Of a stretch of DNA of 64,000 nt, positions 28,837 to 38,831 are shown one piece after another. Source of the DNA: a virus. The notes beneath the pieces are model-generated. The model did no database searches, was not told where the DNA came from, and saw only the letters and a list, made by a program, of their open reading frames with translations. The stretch is taken from IMG/VR virus record IMGVR_UViG_3300005253_000946, one strand, 5' to 3'. The stretch's first letter is position 1, and every line of letters starts with the position of its first letter. The position numbers and the translations under genes were made by a program.

Positions 28837-29835
28837 ATGAGACGCCAATCAAAACCTTGGTTTCCTGTTTCAGATTACAGGATGCCGGAGATTATTTACT
28901 GTAGAGTCAGTAATGTGGATCTTGATAAGTACACACTTACAGCTGTAGGGGACATCGGTAATAGATCCTTCTTCAGTCTTCCGTGGGCATCTCCTTATGT
29001 CAACATAAATCAAGGGCAAGGAACTTATTGTATCCCAGAAGTAGGTTCTCGCGGATATGTCGTAATACCCTCCGACAACACAGACCCTTTCTTTTTGACA
29101 TTTATAATGCCTCAGAGTACCGATTTTTATCGAGGTGGTAGAAGTAAAAAACTCAATCCAGGAGATCAAGTTATGATTTCTGAGGATGGTAACGGTGTTA
29201 TAGTACGAAAAGGTGGTGTGACTCAGATAATGTCTACACCTATCTGCCAGAGGATGTTTATACCTATTAACAACTTCATTAAAGACTACTGTGAAAACTT
29301 CCAATTATTTAGTGCTGGAGGAACTATGACTTGGGTAGTTAACAAAACACTTTTAAATAAAACAGCATTCGAACTAAGAGCTAAGACACAAGCAGAATTA
29401 CCGCCTACAATAAAGTTTGCTCTTGGAGATCTTACAGGCTTATTAGATGAGCTACCTATGACAGGTGTAACAGCTCCTGCAGATATTCACGGATTACTTT
29501 CTATTGGCGAAGGTCTATTTACGATGAGAATAGACGCTGTAGGTAACTGCGAGATGAAAGGGTTAGAAAGTTCTGAGACCTGGCTTACAGGTAAGACAAT
29601 CACAGCCCCTGTTATAAAATTCGGATCAATAGCTGCCTCATCTCCGGCCGCTAAAGGTGATGCCGTTATTCAACTACTTACTAGCTTCTTAAACGCCTTT
29701 ATAAACAATTCAGAGATATCTACGCTCGGCAATATGGGTGCTCCGGTAGTCACTAATCCAGCAATTATTACTGAGCTGACTACTATTCTAGGACAAGTAA
29801 GCACTATAGCTTCCCTGAAAGTGTTGATCGAATAA
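28837..29835 (+). CDS. baseplate central spike (gpV/gp5-like)
   Basis: N-terminal OB-fold pattern (CRVSNVD...PWASP...CIPEVGSRGYV), short beta repeats, C-terminal AAKGDAVIQLL...GNMGAPV. Confidence 0.6.
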   Translation: MRRQSKPWFPVSDYRMPEIIYCRVSNVDLDKYTLTAVGDIGNRSFFSLPWASPYVNINQGQGTYCIPEVGSRGYVVIPSDNTDPFFLTFIMPQSTDFYRGGRSKKLNPGDQVMISEDGNGVIVRKGGVTQIMSTPICQRMFIPINNFIKDYCENFQLFSAGGTMTWVVNKTLLNKTAFELRAKTQAELPPTIKFALGDLTGLLDELPMTGVTAPADIHGLLSIGEGLFTMRIDAVGNCEMKGLESSETWLTGKTITAPVIKFGSIAASSPAAKGDAVIQLLTSFLNAFINNSEISTLGNMGAPVVTNPAIITELTTILGQVSTIASLKVLIE

Positions 29836-30275
29836 TGCCATTAGCTCAAGGAAGTCCTGATTGGATAGATGCATGGGGGAAGGCTACTCCGGTAGTAGGA
29901 GCAGGTCCTACGAACGTTGTAACTGAATCTATGGCTGCTCTATCTGCTATGGACGCAATACTAGTAGCTGCTGTACCATTACAAGCAAAAGGATTCGCGC
30001 TTTTAGCTGCTCTTCCGGCTACAATGCAGACCACAAAGGCCGGTATAGCTTTAGACGCAGCCTTTGAAGCAACATTTACAGAGAGTCAAGGAATATACCT
30101 ACCAACAGCTCCACCGAATCCAGGACCGCCAATACACCCACTAGCAGAAAAAATGATAACCACGTTTAAAACTGCTTACGTAGCTTCAATGCCAGAGGCT
30201 GCATTTGGTGTTGGACTTGAGACATTAGCTATGGCAGTATGTACTAATATATACTTCGCCTATCCAACTCCGTAG
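29835..30275 (+). CDS. hypothetical protein (Ala/Pro-rich), possibly associated with the spike
   Basis: Translationally coupled to the spike gene (TAATG). Confidence 0.6.
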   Translation: MPLAQGSPDWIDAWGKATPVVGAGPTNVVTESMAALSAMDAILVAAVPLQAKGFALLAALPATMQTTKAGIALDAAFEATFTESQGIYLPTAPPNPGPPIHPLAEKMITTFKTAYVASMPEAAFGVGLETLAMAVCTNIYFAYPTP

Positions 30276-30284
30276 GAGATATCA

Positions 30285-32330
30285 ATGGAAGCCCAAATAA
30301 GACCGGATCTATTTTTAAACCACGAACTTAAGTTCGAAAAAATGGCTGCTGCTCAACTGAGTGACTATGCAGGCAAATGGGATCAAGAGATTCTGCAAGA
30401 GGCCTACAAACAGGTTCCGTATCTAGGTGATTATCAAACTACACTTGTACTGGACCGAAAAGATGAAGAGCGTGGAACAGCGTTAGGTTATATCTCGGTT
30501 AAAACAAAAACAGGTACTACTGAGAGCACTAGTGGAGCCACCACTAAGGACTTTGATGTAGTCATTCCTATAATCGTTAAAGACAATAAGCTTTTTAACC
30601 TAGATATATTACGAATTAGTACGAAGTTCTTTCCGCTTACTCAAGATCGTTTAGCTGAAGCTCTCTTCAATCCCAGCATTTTTGAACTGATTACCAAGAA
30701 TCGTCACTTTGATACGTCTATTCTAGATGTCTTAGAGCCAGCAGTGAAGGATAGGTATGGGTTCGGTTTAGGGGTAACTAATCTCCTTAAACAAGGTTCA
30801 GCAAACGTTACTCCTATTTCTTTGCTTAAAGAAGCTACTGCGTCTATGATAGATACTGATAAGAATGTGTTTTTAAATTCGCTAGACGACAATATTGTGC
30901 ACGCAATGACGAACAATGACACAATTGGTTCACTAGACATTATTGTTGCAGCAGAACCTAAGTTTACAAAAGAAGCGTCTGCAATTGCTGTGTTGTCTGT
31001 TTCCCCTGACGTTATTTCTTTACGTAAAACACGTCCTAATTCGTACATCTTAAAGACAGCTAATGCAGAGGGTTATGCCCCTATCACTCTTAATATAAAC
31101 AAAGCAGAAGCTGTCCTTGCAACTAACGAAGAGTTTGTTAAAGAAGCAGACCTTACACCACTTTCTGTAGAGAAGACCTCTAGACCAGCTCAGTTAGAGG
31201 ATTTGATTAAAAAACCTCAGAGTAAAAAATTAGATAACAGTAATATTATTGTCGCTAAAGACGCAGGATCTGGCAGGTCTACTATAGGTATGTACTTCAA
31301 TAGGATAGTTGATTTTGACAACGTATTACTCCCTGTGTGTTTATTCACAAACCTTTCTCAGTACAGCTACCAAGAAAGTATCGCTGGAGATAGTCTGAAA
31401 AAGTTATATTTAGATGACAGAGGTAGTAAGAAATTATTTAAGATTCCTGCTGCTGGTGACCTTGGTGTTTTTGTAGTAGACGAAAATAAAGCCACTAACT
31501 ACGACTCAGTGGTGACAATCCCTCTTAAAATTGTCACTGTTATACGAGACCTTGGTGCTACTAAATACGTCTGTACCACTATCGAAGACAATCCAGTTAC
31601 TCTTATCCCTGATTCTAATGTTACAAAGTTCATGGCTACGGGAGAAGGATCTTATTTATATCCTTCAGAATTAAAGTTCCTACCTATAGGCACCCAACCT
31701 GTGGGGTTAATAAAAGATTCTGCTGAGTTTGACAAAATAGCTTCACTAGAAGGTGTTTCTAGACGTGTAGTTATTAAGTCATCTGGAGGCTCTTATACTC
31801 TTAGTGGTAATCCGGTAGACACACTAGATTCGAAGGACAAAGAGTTTCTTAACAAAGAAGCTGCCAGGATGGTTTTAGGAGCTGCGGGGTTTAGTTCTTC
31901 TATGTCCAACCCTGTTCTAGATACTGCTGACAGAACTAGAAGAACACAATATCTTGATGGTGCCGTCAGAATAGTTAATCCTCCTATGTCCAAAGTAGCT
32001 AAGATTAAAGAAGCTATTCAACCGGTGTATGAATTCACCAATAAACTAAAAAGAAACCTGGTAAAAGAGGCTGCTGTAGTTCCAGATGAAGCGTCAGTAG
32101 ATGCGATACTATCATTAAGTTTTATCAATCCCGACAACATAAATGTCTTTATTGAATCTCTACCTCAGTTAAAAGTTATTCAGTCTAGATTATCTGAGTT
32201 ACTTATTGGGGTAAGGTTAGGTATTCCTTCTATTCCTGAGTCCGCTGTCCGTAGAGCTATTACAGCTATAGATGAGGTAATGAAAGGCCTCTCAGTATTA
32301 GAGCAGCAGAATAGGACACTGCTGACCTAA
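30285..32330 (+). CDS. large putative virion core protein with repeated K-x-A motifs
   Basis: 681 aa; EKMAA, KEAT, KEAS, KTAN, KEAD, KIAS, KEAA (twice), KVA. Confidence 0.55.
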   Translation: MEAQIRPDLFLNHELKFEKMAAAQLSDYAGKWDQEILQEAYKQVPYLGDYQTTLVLDRKDEERGTALGYISVKTKTGTTESTSGATTKDFDVVIPIIVKDNKLFNLDILRISTKFFPLTQDRLAEALFNPSIFELITKNRHFDTSILDVLEPAVKDRYGFGLGVTNLLKQGSANVTPISLLKEATASMIDTDKNVFLNSLDDNIVHAMTNNDTIGSLDIIVAAEPKFTKEASAIAVLSVSPDVISLRKTRPNSYILKTANAEGYAPITLNINKAEAVLATNEEFVKEADLTPLSVEKTSRPAQLEDLIKKPQSKKLDNSNIIVAKDAGSGRSTIGMYFNRIVDFDNVLLPVCLFTNLSQYSYQESIAGDSLKKLYLDDRGSKKLFKIPAAGDLGVFVVDENKATNYDSVVTIPLKIVTVIRDLGATKYVCTTIEDNPVTLIPDSNVTKFMATGEGSYLYPSELKFLPIGTQPVGLIKDSAEFDKIASLEGVSRRVVIKSSGGSYTLSGNPVDTLDSKDKEFLNKEAARMVLGAAGFSSSMSNPVLDTADRTRRTQYLDGAVRIVNPPMSKVAKIKEAIQPVYEFTNKLKRNLVKEAAVVPDEASVDAILSLSFINPDNINVFIESLPQLKVIQSRLSELLIGVRLGIPSIPESAVRRAITAIDEVMKGLSVLEQQNRTLLT

Positions 32331-32331
32331 C

Positions 32332-33237
32332 GTGAGAGTACCGTCTACACAGTATAGACTTCCATTTGAGTATTTTATTAAGTGGTTGATCTCTACCGGG
32401 GTCTTCCAGTTAACAGATATTAATGCACAACTGAAGCAGTATCTTTGCCCAGAGTTGTCTGATGAAGTTTTCGCTCCAATACAGATACAAGTAGGTAGCT
32501 GTCCTGTATCCGAAAAATTACAGAGCGTTACAAACCCTTCCTATAAACAATGGTTAACGAGTTTAGGTGTGTTGTCTCTACACTACCCATCTAGATCTGC
32601 CAAGAAGTTGGCATCACTAGCTTCTGACTGGGACTTTTGGAGAGCTTTTACGTCTTACATGTTCTACTACAGACGTCTTAGATCACCGAATATTTTTCAT
32701 ATGTTTAGAGATAGTTTGGTGGGTAGAGACTTCGATGTGACGATAGAAGATATTAAAATGTTCTACTACTATTTTTGTAATGATTCTATAATGACAGATG
32801 CTTCCTGGTCTCAGTTTAGACACATAAGCCCTTATCAGAGAATTGTATCTATAGGACTAAGTCCTCACTCTAGCGATCCTGTGATGTTGGCTAAGTGTCT
32901 GGGAGAGGTGACATTTGTAGACCCAAGTACTACTCTTAAAATGATGATGGCTGACTTACATGCTGCCTATGTGGAGGTTTCTGATATACCTCCTATATTA
33001 GGATCTGGTGTAGACGGTAGAGCTATTAGAGGAAGAAAAGAAATTGTTGAGACTTACCTCAAGCTACACGAAGTGTATATAGAATCAGAAGACAGATCAG
33101 AAAATATTATAGAAGACATGAGTATTTTTATCGAAGAGAATACAGCGCCCACACTCACCAGCCTGTCCGAACTTAGAGATGGTAATCTGTTACCAGATGC
33201 TGTTAGAGAAGACAGGCTACTACCAGCAGGAGATTAA
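32332..33237 (+). CDS. hypothetical protein
   Basis: 301-aa ORF with GTG start right after the upstream stop. Confidence 0.65.
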   Translation: MRVPSTQYRLPFEYFIKWLISTGVFQLTDINAQLKQYLCPELSDEVFAPIQIQVGSCPVSEKLQSVTNPSYKQWLTSLGVLSLHYPSRSAKKLASLASDWDFWRAFTSYMFYYRRLRSPNIFHMFRDSLVGRDFDVTIEDIKMFYYYFCNDSIMTDASWSQFRHISPYQRIVSIGLSPHSSDPVMLAKCLGEVTFVDPSTTLKMMMADLHAAYVEVSDIPPILGSGVDGRAIRGRKEIVETYLKLHEVYIESEDRSENIIEDMSIFIEENTAPTLTSLSELRDGNLLPDAVREDRLLPAGD

Positions 33238-33656
33238 TGATGACTAAAGACAATGGAGCTTTAATAGAAAGCCAAAGAACACCGACAGAAGCACTGAGCC
33301 AGATTATACCTAGATTTGTCTCTAAAAAAGGAGACACTATAACTCTGGATATAACTACCAGAGGAGAGGACGTTCAATACTCCTTGTTTCCGTCTGGTAA
33401 ATATTTCAGAAATATACACGATACCAGTGTTCAAATAGATACAGTATTTGGAGAGTTGTTAGGGGTTAAACCTGTAGTGACTTTCGATAAGACAGGGTAC
33501 CCTATCCCTGCGACATTCGATGCAGGGGATGAGAGCTTGGATCAACCAGCTCACTGTTTCTTTATTGATCTCAAAGGGTTTAAGAGTAAAGCTATAGCAG
33601 ATGAACAGATGTTTGTAGAGAGGATCTTCGAACAGCTATCTACTAGGGTTCGGTAA
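33237..33656 (+). CDS. hypothetical protein
   Basis: 139 aa, coupled by TAATG. Confidence 0.65.
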   Translation: MMTKDNGALIESQRTPTEALSQIIPRFVSKKGDTITLDITTRGEDVQYSLFPSGKYFRNIHDTSVQIDTVFGELLGVKPVVTFDKTGYPIPATFDAGDESLDQPAHCFFIDLKGFKSKAIADEQMFVERIFEQLSTRVR

Positions 33657-34032
33657 AATCCCTTTTGTTGTAGACATCGATTAGTGAAATGAAGTAGGCA
33701 CCTTCTCTAATCACAAAATCGTTGTGTTTAGAGAGACTGTCTTTAACTTCATCACAGACCCTTAATGCCTCTACTCTAGCGTCACTTGTGTCACTTTTTT
33801 CTGTACGAGGTATGTCTGATCGAACTATAATCTCCAATCTAACTATTTGGTTACTGGTGTTTATAGCTGAGACTATTACAACAAAGGTTACGCACTGTAA
33901 TTTCCCGGCATCTTTGCCTGGAATCTTGTGGTAGGTAAAATAAAATTCAGGCCTCACTCGTATAGGGTGGGCAGCATCTAGAAAAGGTATTTCTTCTGTG
34001 AAAGATTCTAGACTTGAAATATCGACATACAT
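33643..34032 (-). CDS. hypothetical protein
   Basis: 129 aa, AAGGAG RBS; antisense island within the structural module. Confidence 0.6.
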   Translation of the reverse strand: MYVDISSLESFTEEIPFLDAAHPIRVRPEFYFTYHKIPGKDAGKLQCVTFVVIVSAINTSNQIVRLEIIVRSDIPRTEKSDTSDARVEALRVCDEVKDSLSKHNDFVIREGAYFISLIDVYNKRDFTEP

Positions 34033-34048
34033 TATATAGGCTCCTTCT

Positions 34049-35671
34049 ATGCGTGTTGTAGACCATATAAATAAAAAAAGAACTGAACGACTCCCAGTAA
34101 AGTTATCTAATTTTGTGGAGTACGCTATCCTTGTAGACGGTAAGGTTATGGATTTTACTAACAGACCTTACTTGAGAGAGATTTATGACACCAGTGCCAG
34201 AGAGATTTTATTAATGTGTGGTCGGCAGGTTGAGAAATCTACATCTAGTGGTAACAAAATGTTGAGTAGGAGTATCATAAACTCTTATAGAAAAAGCGTC
34301 TATACAGCCCCTACCCAACCACAGGTAAGACAATTCTCCGATGATAGGCTAAAAGAACCTATGACATCGTCCCCTAACTTAGCCCCGTTTACAAATACTT
34401 CACTCCTTAAGAATGTGTTTGAGAAGAGGTTCGCTACTAGATCTAAAATAACTTTGAGGTCCGCACATCTTAACGCTGACCGTGTTCGTGGTATACCAGC
34501 TGACGATATCTACATCGATGAGATTCAAGATGTAGCCGTAGACGGTATACCTGTTATTAGAGAATGTGCTGCGAACTCTCCTGACCCTAAGTTTCAATAC
34601 TCAGGAACCCCTAAAACAAAAGACAACACAATCCATGAGTATTGGCAACGCTCTACTATGAAAGAGTGGATGATACCTTGTGGGTGTAAAAAATGGTATT
34701 GGAATTTACCTGGGGAAGATAATATAGGTACTACCGGGTTGATATGTAGTAACTGCGGTAAGCGTATAAACCCATTGAATGGTCAGTGGATTAGGACAGG
34801 TAGGGAATTAGGTACAGAAGCCCACCAGACGTTCGTAGAAGGCTTCAGAATACCTCAGATAATAGTTCCATCCCATCAACCCTTAAGTAAATGGATAGAA
34901 ATCCTCAATAAACAGCGTAACTACCCTATAGCAAAGTTCTATAATGAAGTTTTAGCACTCCCATTCGATTTAGGTGCTAAACCTATTACTCTAGAAGAAC
35001 TTCAAAACACATGTGACCCCGGCCGGTCTAATACACCATACCCTACAACAGGGGTAGCTGCGGCCCCCACTTATGCAGGTATTGATTGGGGTGAAGGTTC
35101 GGGTGAAGGAGGATTCTCTGTTCTTACAATAGGGGTAGCTAATTCTATAAATAGAGGTATAGATGTCTTGTTTATAAAGAGGTATGAAGGCAGAGAGGCT
35201 CTACCTGAAGTAATGATTCCAGACATGGCTAAGTATATTAATATGTACAATTGTAACAGGGTAGGAGCTGATTATGGATTTGGATTTGGACTTAATGACA
35301 GACTAGCTAAGATGATTGGGTATGAAAGATTCTTTAGATACCAGTACACAGGTGCACAAAGAGAGAAGGTAAGGTGGAATGATAAGATCGGCCGCTTTGT
35401 TCTAAACAGAACTTCTATTATGAGCTACATGTTTGAATTACTTAAGAGAGGGCAACAAAAAGGGCCTGGTCTTAGACTATTTAAATGGAAGGACTTTGAA
35501 CCTTTCGCTAAAGACGTCCTCTCTATATTTTCAGAAGAGAACACTTCACTACATATGAAGGTGTACAGTAAAACCCCAGGCAAGCCTGATGACACATTTC
35601 ACTCAATCACATACATGGTACTCGTATCACTACTCGATTTTATGCGTGAAGATTTCATTCAGTCAGACTAA
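34049..35671 (+). CDS. terL: terminase large subunit (lambda gpA-like)
   Basis: GRQVEKST Walker A, IYIDEIQD Walker B, SGTPK coupling motif, CGC...CSNCG Zn site, nuclease motifs GIDWG, GADYG, PDDTFH. Confidence 0.9.
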   Translation: MRVVDHINKKRTERLPVKLSNFVEYAILVDGKVMDFTNRPYLREIYDTSAREILLMCGRQVEKSTSSGNKMLSRSIINSYRKSVYTAPTQPQVRQFSDDRLKEPMTSSPNLAPFTNTSLLKNVFEKRFATRSKITLRSAHLNADRVRGIPADDIYIDEIQDVAVDGIPVIRECAANSPDPKFQYSGTPKTKDNTIHEYWQRSTMKEWMIPCGCKKWYWNLPGEDNIGTTGLICSNCGKRINPLNGQWIRTGRELGTEAHQTFVEGFRIPQIIVPSHQPLSKWIEILNKQRNYPIAKFYNEVLALPFDLGAKPITLEELQNTCDPGRSNTPYPTTGVAAAPTYAGIDWGEGSGEGGFSVLTIGVANSINRGIDVLFIKRYEGREALPEVMIPDMAKYINMYNCNRVGADYGFGFGLNDRLAKMIGYERFFRYQYTGAQREKVRWNDKIGRFVLNRTSIMSYMFELLKRGQQKGPGLRLFKWKDFEPFAKDVLSIFSEENTSLHMKVYSKTPGKPDDTFHSITYMVLVSLLDFMREDFIQSD

Positions 35672-35715
35672 AAAAATCGCATAAGCTAAAGGAACCATAT
35701 AAATGATTCCCCTGC

Positions 35716-35734
35716 CAAGCCTTGCGAGGGCTTG
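35716..35734. terminator. hairpin between convergent terL and a small gene
   Basis: caagccttgcgagggcttg. Confidence 0.4.
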
Positions 35735-35761
35735 CGCTATTCAATTGTAAGGCACGAGTAT

Positions 35762-35983
35762 CTAACCGGCGTCGATGTCGCCACCACGGATTTTACGATA
35801 CCCGCCCCGGATGAGTCCGAGGAACGATGCGTAAGAACCGACGTGAATGATCACTTCGTCGACAACAGAAAATACTTCTTTGGTTACTGCCCAGATGGCG
35901 GCAGAACTTTGAAGATCTTCTAATGGTTTACTGTTCGTGGCCTTATCTTTAGCTGCTGCTGCTGTGCTCATAGGATCCTCCAT
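35762..35983 (-). CDS. small hypothetical protein
   Basis: 73 aa; TGTTATAAG motif about 30 nt upstream. Confidence 0.5.
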   Translation of the reverse strand: MEDPMSTAAAAKDKATNSKPLEDLQSSAAIWAVTKEVFSVVDEVIIHVGSYASFLGLIRGGYRKIRGGDIDAG

Positions 35984-36012
35984 AAGCGTTAAGGTGAGTG
36001 ATTTTCCTTCAC

Positions 36013-36025
36013 AATTCTTATAACA
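36013..36025 (-). promoter_or_regulatory. TGTNATAAG motif (putative phage promoter)
   Basis: TGTTATAAGAATT upstream of the 35983 start. Confidence 0.5.
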
Positions 36026-36067
36026 CTAAATCTTTAAATATTTCAGTTTAAAGGAGACATCAAATAA

Positions 36068-37060
36068 ATGAGTAAACCTAGACACCCAAGGGTAGGTATT
36101 TACAATAGTTTACAAGCTAAGATGGTAGAACTGACAGAGAACACCAATCCAGGATTCTTTCAAGTGTATATAGGTGAGCATGGCTTCGTCCAAAATCATC
36201 TTAAAGTTTTAAAGGGTGCTAAGTTATCTGTATACTTAGCTCTTTGTGAGCACATGAATATCAAAGGTGAAGCTTTCCCGTCTAATAAATATTTAAGTGA
36301 GCTTACAGGGTATTCTTTAAAGTCTATTATTAGAGCTAAAAAACAATTAGATGACTCAGGATTTATTAGAAGACGTATTATAAGAGGTAGGACTATATGT
36401 TCCCTAAACCATGATATAGAGGTATATGACAAAAGTTCCCTAGGGACAAAAGTTCCTATAGGAGGGGACAAAAGTTCTAACAAACAAGAAGCTAGTAGGG
36501 ACAAAAGTTCCTATACTATAGGACAAAACTTCCTCTATAACTATAAGAATACTCTTTCTAAAGTAACAGAAGAGAGATGGTTCTTCTCCGAGGAATTTAC
36601 TTTGGTCTACGAAATTATAACAAGGATGATGGAAGGTGATGCAGACTATTCAGGTAAGTTTATGGAATCAGTTAGTTGGGTATTGAAGCATCCAAAACTT
36701 TTGTCTCGTATATCCCATACCCCTATAGAGGAGCGTCATCTTAATACAGTAGAAGAAAGAGTTGTATTGAGTGTTCATAAATTTCTACTCTTGTTTCATT
36801 CCTTACATCATTTAGATTCTAAAACAGGAAGTGGTTTACCTGTAGTCGATAGGTTAGGGGTTAATACTTTGATTTATATACTAATCACACTTTCGGAAGT
36901 ACAGGAAACTTTTGTTTGTAAATTTTCGGAAGTGACTGTTGAGTTTTGTAAATGGTTATGGGATGAAAAGTTACCGAGGATACAAACCAGTAACTTAGGT
37001 ATTATGAAATCTCTTGTTGATGAATTTAAAAGATACGGGGCAGATAAATATTTAGAATAG
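36068..37060 (+). CDS. winged-HTH protein, replication-initiator-like (phage O / HTH_36 type)
   Basis: LSVYLALCEHMNIKGEAFPSNKYLSELTGYSLKSIIRAKKQLDDSGFIRR; DNA direct repeats follow the HTH. Confidence 0.65.
   Translation: MSKPRHPRVGIYNSLQAKMVELTENTNPGFFQVYIGEHGFVQNHLKVLKGAKLSVYLALCEHMNIKGEAFPSNKYLSELTGYSLKSIIRAKKQLDDSGFIRRRIIRGRTICSLNHDIEVYDKSSLGTKVPIGGDKSSNKQEASRDKSSYTIGQNFLYNYKNTLSKVTEERWFFSEEFTLVYEIITRMMEGDADYSGKFMESVSWVLKHPKLLSRISHTPIEERHLNTVEERVVLSVHKFLLLFHSLHHLDSKTGSGLPVVDRLGVNTLIYILITLSEVQETFVCKFSEVTVEFCKWLWDEKLPRIQTSNLGIMKSLVDEFKRYGADKYLE
36427..36533 (+). repeat. five iteron-like direct repeats GACAAAA(G/C)TTC(C/T)
   Basis: Copies start at 36428, 36445, 36467, 36500 and 36522 (spacings 17, 22, 33, 22 nt) and fall in different reading frames. 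Confidence 0.8.
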
Positions 37061-37831
37061 TGCTCTTAAGGAATTGTCTTTGTAATGGTGGATGACAAAA
37101 TCGTCCATTGCATCTCCAATTGTTCTAGTTTCTACTAAGAGTTGAGACATTCTTTTAGCGTATGTGTTTGATTTCCGATTGGCCATATTTATTAAGGCTA
37201 TCGCTGATCGTATATTTCTCCTACCTGTATCTAACTTAGTCGAAAGATTCTTTGCTACAAGGCTTTGGTGAAAGGATGGTTTGCTCGATAGAAATGATGC
37301 CATCGACAAGTTTAATTTAAGTAGTGGAACCCAAGGGTTTTGTAACCCAACTTCTAACATACGTTGGAGGTCTACTTCGGTTATAGACTTCATTAAGGTA
37401 GCCCAGACATTTATTTTATTATCGTCCCAGCTAGTAAAAGTTAATTCAGATACTGCTGCAGAGAGTATAGTTTTATACCCTTCGCCTTTATTTTTTAGCT
37501 CTTTAAATAAGGGGTCCGATAATTTAGGGTCATAGAGCTGGGCTATAGCTATAAACTCATTTACTAGATTTGAAGTAGCTTCCATCTCTTCTTCTACTTT
37601 AGAGATCTTTTCTTCTACCTCTTCTCTAAGTAACATCACCTTCTGGTCGACAGCATCACCAAAACCAAAAGTGTTACTGTAAGCCTCGACATCTCTGAGT
37701 CTTACCAGCTTAGTCCCTTTTTTAGCCTTCTTTGTTAAAAATACACCGTTATCGCAGTGATGGTATATAGAAGATCTAGATACTCCTGTGCTTTTATATG
37801 CCTCTTGGATAGTTACGAATCTATCTTCCAC
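37052..37831 (-). CDS. N-terminal HTH (Xis/MerR-like) DNA-binding protein
   Basis: FVTIQEAYKSTGVSRSSIYHHCDNGVF; GGAGG RBS with GTG start. Confidence 0.65.
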   Translation of the reverse strand: MEDRFVTIQEAYKSTGVSRSSIYHHCDNGVFLTKKAKKGTKLVRLRDVEAYSNTFGFGDAVDQKVMLLREEVEEKISKVEEEMEATSNLVNEFIAIAQLYDPKLSDPLFKELKNKGEGYKTILSAAVSELTFTSWDDNKINVWATLMKSITEVDLQRMLEVGLQNPWVPLLKLNLSMASFLSSKPSFHQSLVAKNLSTKLDTGRRNIRSAIALINMANRKSNTYAKRMSQLLVETRTIGDAMDDFVIHHYKDNSLRALF

Positions 37832-37856
37832 AGTTTTTGCCTCCAGTTACATGTTC

Positions 37857-37897
37857 TTGACAGTTGTGCGACCTAAATTTATCCTACAGATGTAGGA
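37857..37897 (+). promoter_or_regulatory. sigma70-like promoter with overlapping palindrome
   Basis: TTGACA-17 nt-TATCCT (37857-37885); inverted repeat tcctaca-ga-tgtagga (37882-37897). Confidence 0.5.
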
Positions 37898-37934
37898 ATG
37901 TTGTTTTCAACCCTAATAGCTTAAAGGATATCTC

Positions 37935-38831
37935 ATGGTGAGTCTAGTATCTACTTCTACTACTTCTTCGTTACACAACGATAGTGACAACCTCAAGTCT
38001 ATTGGCGAGAAAGCCAAGGATATTGCTATAGCTACTGGCGCTGCTTTGAATGATTCAATCATCCAAGCTGTGGGTGACACAAAACTGAATCCACAAGAGC
38101 TGCGTAGGGTAATTGAGAGCGCAAATAAATCTACTTTCTCTCATATGTTTAGTGCAGAGGCGGATAAAACGTTTGAGTTCCCTCTAGCTTCATTCGATGG
38201 TGTGAACGGTGCATTAGAGAAAAATTTAAAAGCACCAGGGGTTAAGCCTTTAGAGGCCTCTCCTTCTAAAGACCGTCCCTGGACTCCATCAGCTGAAAAG
38301 GATGATAAAGATATGGAGATGTTATTTTCTGGTGTAGGTAAAGATGACGGTAATAAGACGGTAGAATATGAGAAGACAGCTTCAGCAAGAACAGCCTCTG
38401 TTACATTGAGTGATTTAAATAGAGCAGAGAATCTACTCGACAACAAAGTTCGTGAAGTAGATAATTACTACTATGATGCTGTAGAGGATTTCTATAAAGA
38501 AGCTAAATCTCATATCCTGGACCATAATGGCTCAGTGTTTGACGTAGCCGCAGCAATGAACTCAGTGGACCCTTCTGTAGCTAAAGAATACTTTCCTATA
38601 GTTTTATCTAAGCTTGCTTCAAACAAAGTCATCAGGAAAGATAAGCTTATTAAAGAAGCTGGGTCTGTAGAAGATGATTTCATCTTACAGGAAGTTAATC
38701 CAGAACACCCTCTGGTTATGAAGTTTAACTCTTTAGTTAAACTGGCATACTCAAAATTATTTTTTATGAACTCTAAGCGTCAAATTAAGGACGCTAAAAC
38801 TTATGTGTTAGATAGAATACGTGGGTTATGA
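37935..38831 (+). CDS. putative head/core protein with K-x-A motifs
   Basis: KTASA, KEAK, KLAS, KEAG, KLAY; first gene of the head cluster. Confidence 0.55.
   Translation: MVSLVSTSTTSSLHNDSDNLKSIGEKAKDIAIATGAALNDSIIQAVGDTKLNPQELRRVIESANKSTFSHMFSAEADKTFEFPLASFDGVNGALEKNLKAPGVKPLEASPSKDRPWTPSAEKDDKDMEMLFSGVGKDDGNKTVEYEKTASARTASVTLSDLNRAENLLDNKVREVDNYYYDAVEDFYKEAKSHILDHNGSVFDVAAAMNSVDPSVAKEYFPIVLSKLASNKVIRKDKLIKEAGSVEDDFILQEVNPEHPLVMKFNSLVKLAYSKLFFMNSKRQIKDAKTYVLDRIRGL

Noticed and set aside
7249-35671. Inteins or introns in polA, dnaB, RNAP or terL
   Set aside because: Conserved motifs are normally spaced, the ORFs are uninterrupted, and I saw no splicing or homing-endonuclease motifs
35979-35988. 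TCCATAAGCG as a second promoter class (also on the minus strand at about 59939-59948)
   Set aside because: Both copies are simply the reverse complement of a CGCTT-ATG-GA start-codon context
36427-36533. Mini CRISPR array or protein-level tandem repeat
   Set aside because: Repeats are only about 12 nt with 5-21 nt gaps and fall in different frames, which fits iterons better
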